From Ylistrum balloti (lineage: Eukaryota): 64,000 nucleotides of DNA. A program made the position numbers and the translations under genes. The notes beneath the pieces are model-generated. The model searched no databases and was not told the DNA's origin. It worked only from the letters and a program-made list of their open reading frames with translations. The DNA is taken from NCBI RefSeq assembly GCF_031769215.1, contig NW_026782212.1:620001-684000 (forward strand), read 5' to 3'. Below are positions 13,321-25,906 of the stretch, in pieces. Numbering within the stretch: position 1 is the stretch's first letter; each line of letters begins with the position of its first letter.

Positions 13321-14659
13321 CAATAACAAAGTATAGAAAGCTTGGGATTTTTAACAAAATACGTTTCTGACTCATTTTATATAGAATAAATAAATTAGTC
13401 CTCTAAGGGAAAATGGAATTATACACTAAAATATTATGACCAAGGCAACACTCTAGATCTGTTAGTTTCTAAAGTCTATAAACTATAGTAATTTAAGCCA
13501 GATTGAAGACATCCATTCGCAGGGAAGGTTCGCTACATTATTTTCGTTTTTGTCCGATTGAACAGGATAGATGGTGAATGTCCTTCATTATAATTATTTT
13601 ATTTACTGTCCCAGGATTATAGCACTTTTTCTTTAAGTTGTTCTTTCGCGTCGTTTTTTCTACTTATGTAAAATGTTTGATTGCCTTTGCTCTCAACTAA
13701 CGAGAGATATATAACCCAGTTACACTATCCTAATGTAAATATTCTTCCTAATATGAAGTTGACTTTTGTCGTATGTGGATAAAACAAAAAAACTATGAAA
13801 TTGTACATAGAGGTTATTGATGTCTAAGTCCCCATGGCCGACCTTTATTTTACTAATTGTCATTTTGTGCGCGCGCGTGTGTGTGCTTGTGCTTGTTTTT
13901 GTGCTTCTGATGTCCTGTTTTGTGTTGGTTGATTGAGGTTCCTTGTTCTTCTTCAAAGGAAAACAAATGGTTAATTGTTCAGTTGCATTTTAGTTTCTAA
14001 GTAACGCGTAGAGAAACTGATGGATACGCCGCCTACCCATAAATGTGTCAGGCTCTTATGATTTATAAAACATGGTTGGCCACCGATCTTCCTTGACGGG
14101 CACCGTTATTCTCATCGATAACAATAAATGGTTTTACCAAAATGCTTGGAGAAAATTAATAAACACATTCATTACAATCAAAATCTAAAAACTTAATCAT
14201 TATTAAATCGCTGGAATAGTACGTCAACTGATGAACCTGCACTCCTCCCCATGAAACAGGACAGTGTTGAAATTAACTGAAACATCTTTCACATCATATG
14301 GGCAACAGGTTCAGATTCACTGAAACTGACATTGCGCATTAGATGGACAGAGTAAAGTTCACAAAGCGCACCTGATACTAGTACCACACGGAAGTGTTAA
14401 TGATCTCATCTTGGACTACATAAATGTATCTCGGTTCATAAACAACTTGCGTATGAGACTTGTACTTCATGGAAAATAGACATTTGAAAAGCATACCTAT
14501 TATAGAAATACACATTCCTTCTTTGATACGTAATATATATTCCGTATTCAGCATATATATATCACCACACATGTTTACGGTGACATAAGTTCTACCAATT
14601 CATGTCGATAACGCTGGAGATTCCTATGTTTAGATAATTAAATAAAAAAACAAATCGTC

Positions 14660-14788
14660 TTACCAAGTGTAACTATCACAAGGAAAATCCTCGTACTAAG
14701 TGTAAACATTAAAAGGAAAACTCTCGTAACAAGTGTACACATTCAAAGACAAATCCTTGTACCAAGTATAAACATTAAAAGGAAATCA
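14660..14788. repeat. degenerate ~32-bp tandem repeat, ~4 copies
   Basis: Recurrent AAGTGTAAACATTAAAAGGAAAATCCTCGTAC-like unit. Confidence 0.7.
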
Positions 14789-16727
14789 GTGATAACTGAA
14801 GTCGTTATTTCTGAGTTTACATTCATAATGATGTAATTAAACTGTTGGCTTGTTTATTCTTTAGCTGATCACGTCATCAAGTTAATTTATCAGAACAGAA
14901 CTGTGCATGTATGTTTTACGAGTCCCGATGATAGAAAAACTAAATATCCAAATCGTAAAAAAAAAAACCCAAAAAATACAAAACAAACAAAACAAAAAGC
15001 TCCTGTCAAATGAGCACATCAGTGAGGAGGATCGAGGCGGATCAGACATGGATGTTGTTTGTTGTCATGTTTTACCCAATAGATTGCAATGATGTTTAGA
15101 ATCGTTCTCTAAGGCGATAATTACTTTCATATTTCTTTAATGAATGAACAGAATGCTGTTGAACTTCAAAAGAACCGTAATATAGCATGTTCAGTTTATT
15201 ACTTTGAGAATACATATTTGACATCCGTGCTTTGTGCTGTCTGTTTTATTGATGTGTTGTTACGTGTTTTTTAAAAATAAAAATAACACTTCTTTGAAAT
15301 TCTTTCATTTGTCAAAGAAAATGATAACAATATTCAGACGATCAATGGGAACAAGTTCCATGAAATTTTGTATGGAACGAAATCTTGGATCGAACAAATA
15401 AAGAATACAAAAAGTATGATGTGTTTATTGGCCTTATAAAAGTTGTTTGTATTCGTGTCTAGATTAACTGATCGATGCTCATTATAACTATCAAGCTGTG
15501 AATATGGAGCTTTAGTCTTTAGTCATAATCCAATCTCAAAGTCAATCAAACTAGGGGGAAATATGAAAAAAAGATACACTCCTGGAAAAGTACCAACAGA
15601 TTAAGATCAGGTGTGATGGAAGACAGGGAGCAAATTATTCAAAATTGAAGACTTCTCTGGTACGGATGAGTTATATAAGTGAAATAAGATGTATCCCGTG
15701 ATAATTCGTTACCTAATGGAATGGAAGTGATTATGAACAGACAAAAAAGCTTATGTATCCTTAACGGAATATTACGAAAAAAATAACATTTTTTGAGACA
15801 TTAAACCGTTTTACTTGCTTCTTTGTTATAGCATTCCTAACTTTTCATCAATAGTTTCTACTGATCTTTATGTTAACTTAATCAATATTATTGTCAACCT
15901 ACAAAGTGTCAAGTAAAATTAAATTCTAGCTTAATTTAAATTTATTCGCTTATTCGCTTGTACAGTACGGACCCTCAGCAGTGAGCAAAACACTTATCTA
16001 CATTAGATTTTATATCTATGAGACATAACGTGCCACGGCATTGAAAGTGAGGGAGCGCTCAGTCACAAAAGTTAGAGATATAACATGTTTCTTTTAGAAT
16101 TCCAAATTAAACACAAAGCCCGTCCATTCTACATTTTACTACGTCTTTATTCATAGTAACGAAAACATCGCGTTGTCACCGTTTTTATGATACTATGATG
16201 CTGTTCCCACTGATGGCTGGTATATTGTGGTAAGTTATAATGCGAGATTAACTACTGTCTGGCGCTTTTACCAGATAAAATACAAACACATAACACGATC
16301 GATCTCCTCTCCTTGTGTGGAACTCATTACGTTTTTCAGTAGAAAGCACGTGTTCACCAATTAAAACAACTTTTAGGACATCGTATAGATGTCCGCCGAG
16401 ATATTTATGTACAGTAGGATGACGTCATGGTGGCAGTGTTATTGAGACACGGTTTGAAATAAGTGTCTGCACTACAAGGCTATCAGCCTGTGCCCATTAA
16501 GCACCAATGGCCACAAATAGATTCGTTAGCGCGAATCCTACACCAAATGTTGTAATATCAACCTACATAAAACCTCGTGACAGTAATACTAATGTAGCCG
16601 GCCCTATTCTACACTTTAACCAAACCGACCACCAGAGGAATACAAGTATTTGTTTATTACTTAGGTCCAGTTCTATCCAACGTTTTGTTGAAAGTTTACA
16701 ACAGCCCACAGAACTACCGTCGTACCC

Positions 16728-18390
16728 ATGTTCGATTGTACAAGGTTGTTTTGCGTGAACAATCACAAAAGGCTCTTTTCTCTGTGTACAGGAGTATTAA
16801 AAATCAACATCTTCCAATTGATTTACAGCTCAAATTATTTGACATCTTACTTAAGCCTATATTACTTTATGGATCAGAAATATGGGGCTCTTGAAATAGA
16901 TATTAAACTCAGAATGGTTAATTTTTACAACTCGTTAATAATGCATGAGTCAAAGTTAAGTAGTCTTATGTACAGACTGATATACAAACTTCATGTCAAC
17001 AATTTGTGTAAGTTTAAATGGGTAGAATTTATTAAATCTTGCTTTGATGATGTAGGACAGAGCGCTGTATTCCAGAATCAGGGCCCAATTAGTAAATACT
17101 ATATAAGAACCAGTATTAAACAAACTTTAATAGATCAATTTACACAGAAATGGAGAAACGAAACAGAAAATTCATCTAGAGGCTTATTCTATAATAGTTT
17201 TAAAAATTCTTTACTGCTTGAGCCATACCTGACTCAACTCTCTGTTAAAAACAGACGGATTTTATGCAAATTAGATGTTGTAATATGAAATTTCCCATTG
17301 AAACTGGAAGATGGCGCAATATTCAGAGACAGGATAGGAAATGTTCTCTATGTAATACCTCAGTAGGTGACGAATTCCATTACTTATTTCAGTGCACTGA
17401 TATAAGATTGATTGAACCGAGACAGAAATTCTTACCTTCATATTACTGGAGAAATCCAAACGTGTTCAAAATGTACGGATTGCTCTCAGTTTGTTATAAA
17501 AAAGTTCTATATGCCTTTTGTTTATTTTCAAACAGTCTTGACAAAATATTGTAAGAAAGATAATGTTTTCATTATATAAGTGATTTTATGAAACCCAAGT
17601 ATATCAGCTTTATATAAAAAAAACTACCAGAAGCTATGCATTTACTTTAAAACAATCTTAATCAAATATTTTGAAGAAACACTACGTTATCATTATATAA
17701 TACCAAAGGGTATTTAGATGTACTAATTGATATCAGTCTTTTACATATACTCCTGATGCCCTCTGTTTATTTTAAACAGCGTTGTGTTATAATAGCAAAG
17801 TGTATATAATGTGCAAATTGCTATCAATTTGATATAAATACTTAATACCCCATTTTATTTCAAAGGCTAAATAAAATACTATGTTATCCTTAAATAATGT
17901 GGTTTAATGAAACAAATTTGATATACATAAGTACATAATGCCCTTTGGTTATCTTGAACAGCTGTCAGAAAATATTGTGAAGCAATACTGTGTTATCATT
18001 ATATAATGTGGTGTTATATTAAAGTGTATTTGAATGTACTAATTGCAATCAATATGAAAATTGAAAGTACTAAATGCATCCTGTTTATTTTAAAGTCTTA
18101 ACAAAATATTTTGAAGTAACACTATGGTATCCTTATATAGCGTGATGTTATGCTACCATTTTTATTGATATAAGTAAATCGTATTGTTCTAGTTGTTATC
18201 AGTCTGATCTATGAAAGTACTGTGTACTTTGAATAGTCCTAACAAAATACAGTGAAGCGTTACGACTTTCAGTTACCATCCATTTTGTCACGTATCTATT
18301 GATATAGTATTGTTTTATCTCATGTTATACATTTTCATGTATCTGAGGATCCAATAAACTTGAAACATGAAACTTGAAACTTGAAACTTG
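16728..18390 (+). mobile_element. 5'-truncated non-LTR retrotransposon, RTE-X-like (ORF2 C-terminus, 3' UTR, tail); frameshifted
   Basis: ORF pieces LREQSQKALFSVY..LPIDLQLKLFD..PILLYGSEIWG, then LEIDIKLRM..KW..IKQTLIDQFTQKW, then FPIETGRW..RKCSLC..GDEFHYLFQC (C-terminal CCHC knuckle). AATAAA at 18353 is followed by an (ACTTGAA)n-type tail ending at 18390. LINE call is firm; clade and attachment of the tail are inferred. Confidence 0.85.
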
Positions 18391-21388
18391 TATACGAGCC
18401 AGGGAATACTGTTTATAAGCTGAACTATTTAAATATGTGATATTCTACAACACAATCGCCACCGATAACATAAGATGGTCACAAGACTGAGTCAAGGACT
18501 CCTTCCATGAATTTGCCCCTGAAATTTCTGTGGAGGCGAGCTTAATTATTACAAAATAATTTCATTTTTTTCAGCTTGATATGTTACTTTCCAAATTAGT
18601 ATACAAATTAACATATATATGGAAATGAATTAGGTAATTTTGTTATTTTGTTTTTATTTTGAACCACTCAGAAGTTATGTAAACATGATACCTAACGAAA
18701 GCTGTTCTACAAAGGCACGGATACACTGATACAGTACATGTTTGAGGAAAGTTCATTCTCTCTCTGACTTTTCGATGAGGAGCAGGCGCGACATACATCG
18801 GTCTTAAAATAAGGATATAATAGGTCCGAAATATGTTTATCAAGAGATGTAGATGAAATTCAAATCTCCAAATTTCATAATATCCCGTAATACACACTCT
18901 ATCTCGTCTTTTCACGAGAAGTAAGACGTGGATACAACTAGAATACAGATTACTTTACAACGCGTAAGGTTACGGCAACATTAGGGTGGTGAACAGTCTT
19001 CTAAAACAATATACCACCAGACTTATTACAGAAGGTTCTATCCGTAAGAGGGTGCAGGCCACCTCCTTACGTCGACAGAATGTGGCAAACATCTTAGTCA
19101 AATGAAGAGTCACAGAGACAGTAGCTTAAAATATACCATGTGCAAATACCCAAGTAAGTAACTAATTATTTTGTTAAGTTGCGTCACATGAAGTTTCAAA
19201 CTAGCGAGGCTATTTTATTCAACCGGTCGCCATTGTTTAAACACAATAAAATTCATGAAGCGTTTAAGTTCTCGTGTTGATAATGTGTTAACAACGACAA
19301 TAAAAATAGCTGACGGAATGAAGTATTTTGTTTCTGTATAATTTGTTGTTGCATATTATGTGTTTCTATTGATATTGCGACAAGAAACCGGTAAAACAGA
19401 GGAAAGGGTTGTCTTTATGCTGCAATAACTGTGCGGTATGGAGATTGTAGAGGAAATGAAGCCAGTTCTTATGAATTTGGTGAGATAATAGTAATAAAGG
19501 AGTGTTATCTCCTTCCATGTCTGTACAGAAATGAAATGACAAATGAAATTATTGCAGATGACACGAAAGTCAAGAGATAAAATATCTCACTAGGAACATC
19601 TTTGTCTTCTCTTTTCGTGTTCAAAACACGGGCTCCATTCAAAATATATAAAATGTTGATACATTTGTAGCCTATGTTTAAAACAAAGTAGAAATCAACG
19701 TCAACTAGAAAGACGGCATTGTGATATTGACGAGATAATCCAAGACAAACAACCGTTTGCTAATTTGATGTGAAACCTCTTTGCCATATTCAGGATGTAC
19801 ATATTTATTTGTGCAAATTCAATTAGTGAAATGATAATCGAAACCTTTCCTGCTGACAATATATCTGAAAAAAACACATTTTACTGAGGATAATGGAGAC
19901 AGTAGAGACATTAATACTGATACATTTTGAAACAAAACAAAAAACGTTTTCATTTCGAAGCTACATGTACATAACGAACAGGATCATCAGTTTGTTTCGT
20001 GAATTTATCAGATGACGAACACTCATCACCATAGATCTTCACGACTATATTTTTTTTCAATTTTTAACTCATAATTGAAAAGAACTCTGAAACGCAGAAC
20101 GGATATAAAATTTGCTGAAGTTGAAGAGGCGTTCAGAAATCTTTTCCACTCAACTAATATTTGCTTTAACTTGCATCGCCGATTTTTCAGCCATGCTTTC
20201 TAAATGATTAATATTTCCTTTGTATTATTGTAAACCAACTACCAATACGTCCTGTATAAAATTGGAATTTTCACTGAAGAGTTTCAAAAACTAAACGAAA
20301 GGCCATTTGTATTACCACTTTTAGATTTCATATTTCTAATATAGTTTGTCGCCGTCAATCAGTGAACCCCTAGAATGTACATGTACAGCAAATGACTTGT
20401 TCATCTGTTCCATCCAATCGACCGGTCTGCTCCATTCCAAACTCAGAAATATTTGTTTCTAAGAGAGAGTATTCCCTTTACCAACCGTGTAACATTATTT
20501 CTGTGGTTATCTCCACAACAGACCATTGTATTCAAGTGCTTCCCCTCGAGAACTACGTTTTTCACCTTAACGTCAAGCTATTGTAATAACGTGTGGCTTC
20601 CCATATGGGTACTAACGTCTCGGAGTCTACTATTCAGACTATTTCTATTGTTATATCCGCGGTCCCTGGACGACAGACTGCCTTATCTTTTTCTTTGACT
20701 TCTGCGAATGTAAATGATATTTTGCGAATAAAGTAGCCAATTCTACTGCATCTAGGTATATGAAATGCAATATCTCTAACCAAGGATAATGAATTCGTGG
20801 TCAGAACTAAGACGAAGGCCTTTCTCTAATTTTTTAATCGGATTCCAAAAAGCATTGGCAAAAACATTTCGGAAGTACCAATAATAATGTACAGTTAACT
20901 GAAGATGATATTTGAAAGAGCTAACATTTTTTTTTTTTTTTTTTTTTTCAAATCCTAACTCTCTTTGGCATAACAACAAATGTAGTGAATTTAAAATCCG
21001 AAATGCTTCAAGGTTGGCGAAACCAGCCCAGACTTTCTTTGAAATGTAGAGTATGCAGTATCAAAATTAGACATTCTGTCTAAGAATATAGCGACTTCAT
21101 TTGGCGACAGTCCGCCTGCTGTTTCCCTATCTCCGGCGTCTGTTTCCCCATAACTGTATTTGTGTCCTTGGCATCCTAGCCTACACATATTGATATCCAT
21201 CAACCGAAGACTGTCCACTAACAACAAAGTTACTTTTATTGTATCAGTGCCATCGCAACTACCGTGTTTTTGTGTTCACATCAAGGGTCAATTTCCCAAT
21301 AACTTTAGAATCTTTATCATCCTAACGTCCATGTTTTGTCTCCATCCACCACAGACTAAACCCTTGTTTTATTTTATATCCATGTCAT

Positions 21389-22664
21389 CACAGGCACTCG
21401 AGGCCAGGATATTATTTTTTAAACATTGATTTTTGTTTTAGCACTCATGACTGACGTTATTTAAACGAAATATCAGCAGAATTCAAGTTTATGTGCCGGT
21501 TGACAAATCCGAGGTCCACGGTCATTAAAAATACACAAGGCAAGCAACTCCAGATTTTAAAAAATCGACCCCTCGCTTGGAAACTGGCTCAAAAAAAGTA
21601 GTTATGATAAGTTCCTTGTAAAACAATATGTATCCGTAGGTAGTGTGTATATTTACCTTTTATTTGGTGCATAACATTACAGGCAACGAGAAATTCACAA
21701 TACGTACATGAGATTAACATCTCAATAACCGGAGATTTTATCGTCCATGTAATTATCTTTGACGGAAGTAACATGCCATTTCAAGGGCGGTCACTCCGAC
21801 TTTTTGGGAGAGGAGTTCCGGATAGCACTATACCAGTGAACAGGTAAGAAAGGTTCCGATGTCATTACGCGCGTAACTTCAAAATAAAAAAAAAATAGAA
21901 AAAAAATCATTTAATTTCCAATTTCTAAGTTAATATATTTCCCCCACGATATTTTTCATAAATTGCGCCCTTTTTTCATTATCTGCATGATTTTTTTCTA
22001 TTTTTTTTTTGAAAAAAAATTCTCATTACCGCCAGCTTGATTGAAAGTTGATGCATTCTGTATAATCCCTTACCATGATATTGTATCCGAGTTGGCAACT
22101 GTGGACTTTCTTTGCCCAGCCATTATTTTTCCATCCCCGCAAATGTATTTGTAGAAATAAGAATATCTATTTTGAAGTTACGCGCGTAATGACATCGGAA
22201 CCTTTCTTACCTGTTCACTGGTATAGTGCTATCCGGAACTCCTCTCCCAAAAAGTCGGAGTGACCGCCCTTGAAATGGCATGTTACTTCCGTCAAAGATA
22301 ATTACATGGACGATAAAATCTCCGGTTATTGAGATGTTAATCTCATGTACGTATTGTGAATTTCTCGTTGCCTGTAATGTTATGCACCAAATAAAAGGTA
22401 AATATACACGCTACCTACGGATACATATTGTTTTACAAGGAACTTATCATAACTACTTTTTTGAGCCAGTTTCCAAGCGAGGGGTCGATTTTTTAAAATC
22501 TGGAGTTGCTTGCCTTGTGTATTTTTAATGACCGTGGACCTCGGATTTGTCAACCGGCACATAAACTTGAATTCTGCTGATATTTCGTTTAAATAACGTC
22601 AGTCATGAGTGCTAAAACAAAAATCAATGTTTAAAAAATAATATCCTGGCCTCGAGTGCCTGTG
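21389..22664. mobile_element. non-autonomous foldback/MITE-like DNA transposon, 1,276 bp, ~498-bp TIRs, 8-bp TSD
   Basis: Left arm 21389-21886 (CACAGGCACTCGAGG...) is the reverse complement of 22168-22664 (...CCTCGAGTGCCTGTG); I saw only one substitution and one 1-bp indel. CATGTCAT flanks both sides (21381-21388, 22665-22672). The 281-bp spacer shows no transposase. Confidence 0.95.
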
Positions 22665-22849
22665 CATGTCATCTTATCTTATTTGTCTATCGCATGATAC
22701 GACAAATTGTCCTCCGATGAGATTTTTTTTTAACCCGTCACAAGAATATGTCTGCTTGCCTATGTCAAAATGAGCTCTTCTAGTTCACCCAGACATTATA
22801 TTCCATATATGAATTTGCTAAATATTTTCTTAAATTCGATATTTACATA

Positions 22850-23966
22850 TAACAGGACGATTTTCGGTATGCAACCATTTCTCCGATTTTCAGAAGAAAT
22901 CGTTTTCAGATATGAATCAGTGTTTTAAATCTTCGGGACAAAAACATTATACAATGAATACGTTCCATATAATCTTGCAAAAGGCTGCTTAAATTGTTTT
23001 TAAAAGCAACTTACAAACTGTTACAGGTGATAGCCATTTCATTTATCTATCAGAAAGAAAATTTATTTTTTTAAAACACAAGATGAATCCTATGGATTCC
23101 AGCTACCGAACAACGCCTCAATATTCTCGGCGGAAACGCGAGCTATCTACCTTGCCCTTGAATATATTCAAAGAAACAAAGTAATTAGAGCTGTTATCCA
23201 TTCAGACTCTCTTTCTGTTCTGCAGAGTCTTACCAATAGAAATATCGAAAATATTTTCATTCGCAATACATTAATACTATATCATGAACATGCCTTTATC
23301 TTTCGTATTGCTTTTTGCCGGGTTTTCGGGCACATGGAATACCAGGCAATGAAAGAGCAGATCGTGCCGCAATGGAAGCTTTATCGCTACCACCTGTTGT
23401 TTTTAAACTTCATTTTACCGATTTTAAACCGTTTATTAAATAAATAAAAAGCTCAGTGTTAGGAGGAATGGATTACATATACCAATAACAAATTGCACCC
23501 CGTTAAACCTGTTATCGGTGAATGGTCTCCAGGCTATAGAAACAACAACCGAGTCGAAGTTGTCATAGCCCGTCTTCGAATGGGTCATACATACCTTACA
23601 CCTTCATATATGTTGAAAGGCGAAGATCCTTGGTGCATAGGATGTTTTGAGCCATTCACCCTTAACATTTTTTATTGGACTGCATATACCTTCTGTCTAC
23701 TCGAGAATGTTTTTTATCGTAACATTACATATCTAAAATCCCTTTTTTGAAACTGTTCAGATTTGTAGAATTCTACATTACCTGAAAGATGTTGGTCTAT
23801 ATAATAGACTATGACGTGCTAAGATACCCATTTAAGATTTTTAACATTTGTCTTTTACCTTTAGGCTTGTTTGATGTTATTTCCTTTTGGATCGCTGTGC
23901 GTTTTACCATTTGATGGCCCTAATGACCTTTTATGTGTTGACGGGCCGTTAAAAATGTAATAATAA
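22850..23966 (+). mobile_element. 5'-truncated I-superfamily (Nimb/I-like) LINE with RNase H domain, degenerate
   Basis: From ~23097: FQLPNNASIFSAETRAIYLAL..VIHSDSLSVLQSL..GH..(fs)PGNERADRAA (RNase H E/D/D residues); then EVVIARLRMGHTYLT.SY.LKGED..C..C (CCHC region). 3' end has a GGCCC..GGGCC stem (23916-23947) and a TAA-rich tail. 5' boundary approximate. Confidence 0.88.
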
Positions 23967-25806
23967 CAGTGATAGTTATAATAATCTTTTTAAAAAGGGG
24001 GCAAAAATATCAAGAAAGTACTAATACAGTACCATAATCGGAAGTCAAATTCCATAAACTATGGTAAAATATGATCAAAAGATGTTTCTTTACCGTAGAT
24101 CGGCAACAGTTTGTATCATCAGATTAACATTCTAGATGTTTTAACACAAAGTGTTAATGGACATGGTATAGGTATTCAACTACTTTCATATTCGAGTCAA
24201 AGTCAACAAAAATGACTCGAATATGACTGCAGCTAATGATTTGATATTTAACATGCAATGTTACGAAAAACGTCTGGGACTAAAAATATTCTACACAACA
24301 AACTTTACCATTTTACAAACTATTTTTAAATTAACATTTTCAATTCTTAGTAAAGAATATGTTCGGCTTAAAATTCCCTTTTTCCTGTATTTCTATGTCC
24401 AGGTTTGTTAACCCCTGTCGACCTTTGTTTTGTTTCCCAAATCATGCTAAACATTAACACACGTATGTTGTGCTATACTTAGAGTTGTTGTATAACTAGA
24501 TATTTAACACAACATACGGTGTTAATGTATTTGAATCTTAACCACTGTTACCGTCTAGAAGCTACAGATATGACACTAAACCGTTCTTAACTCTGGGTTG
24601 TTTCATGTATCAGGCAACGTTACTGCAAACACCTCTCAATTCCACGACAATATGTACATTTATCACGGAGGAAAACTAAACAATCCATTTAATGAGATTA
24701 CTTTCGTCGCATCTTTCGGATTCGAATTCGCTCCTGCGAAGACAGACTTTATATAATGTTTCAGATCAATACGGCTCTATCTCAGGGGATTCTGCTGTAT
24801 ATATATATTCACTACGCTTTGGTTTGATAAAATTTCAACCTAGGCGATAAGGCTTGAACAGATTAATTTACTCTATAGTTTATTAAGTGTTTAGTTCCCC
24901 AGACCAGCATAGATTTAAAGAAGCATAATGATTTGTGTTTGAGACACAAGACCAATAGATATAGCGCTTCTGACTTTTATCCATGTCAAAGACAATGCTC
25001 TCCAGAAAAAAAGTATTTTCTATCGTATCAATATTATACAACCATATATGATACAGAATAAGCTGATATATTCGTTTTAGAATTGGTAACTGTTCTCCTG
25101 AGGAAATCTAGTATCACCAACCGAACGGGAGACGAAACATTGCCAAGACTCAGATCAGTCTATCATCTGTAAGCTGCAGGCTAGAGCCCGTTTCGGTAAT
25201 TCATATTGTTAACTTTCAGGTATTGTTTTAAGAACGTAGTGCTAAAGACTGATTTTACATATTTCTATGAAACATTTTGAAGAATGAAATGTAATAATTG
25301 TGAAAGTTGCTGTCGGTAGAGACATTAAAACTATGTAAAACATTTAGTTAGTAAAAAGGAATGAGAATGGAATGAATGGGTCAATGAAAGGGAATTCGCT
25401 TTTAAATTGTTGTCCTTTCCTCGCTTTATTGCAAAATAAATTTATCATTCGTTCATGAAAAAGTGATCCGTGTGTGGTATATTATATAGCAAACGTCAGT
25501 CCGATCTCTACAAGAAACAGATGTTTCAAGGTCAATATGTAGGTTTATCCTCAGTATCACATATTTGATCATTTGAAGAAGTATATCCATGTATCTTTTT
25601 ATTGTTTTATCACGTTTGCAATATACCGTGACTAACTTTCCGTCACCTCAACCACAGGAGTTTAATTCATAAGTTTAAGACGTAACGTCACACAAGTTCT
25701 TTGTTCCATGAGGCAACATTTCGGAGCTGGAAAAAACGTGGTAATATTTATGGTAATTCAACAATGTAAACAAGCAGACCTAGCTGTAAGAGTTGTCTCA
25801 AAGGAG

Positions 25807-25906
25807 GGCCGCGCTGGCCGAGTGGTTAATGCGCCGGACCGTCTTTGTCGCGGGCTCGAGACCTCGAGGCCTCGAGGCCGGGAACTCTGAATTCCCTCCG
25901 CCACCA
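25807..25906 (+). mobile_element. tRNA-derived SINE head or tRNA pseudogene remnant
   Basis: A-box TGGCCGAGTGGTTAA (25815) resembling tRNA-Ser/Leu D arm; B-box-like GGCTCGAGACC (25853); GGCCGCG/CGAGGCC acceptor-like pairing. No intact anticodon arm; CTCGAGGC duplicated. Confidence 0.55.

Noticed and set aside
14228-14275. CTGATGA...GAAAC as another hammerhead
   Set aside because: No stem II and no stem I pairing; the same applies to hits near 19985, 30970 and 39858.
19032-19153. Acceptor and GTAAGT donor pair
   Set aside because: Stops in all three frames; only a UTR exon is possible and cannot be tested from sequence.
19400-19470. Cys-rich CC..C..GDCRG string resembling a CXC zinc motif
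   Set aside because: Needs a frameshift and has no flanking coding support.
20776-21227. Minus-strand near-continuous reading frame next to the foldback element
   Set aside because: In-frame stop, poly-A run and no recognisable domain; cannot be assigned without a search.
21589-22528. Two near-identical ORFs MLLPSKIITWTIKSPV on opposite strands
   Set aside because: Mirror images created by the foldback arms; no transposase motif.
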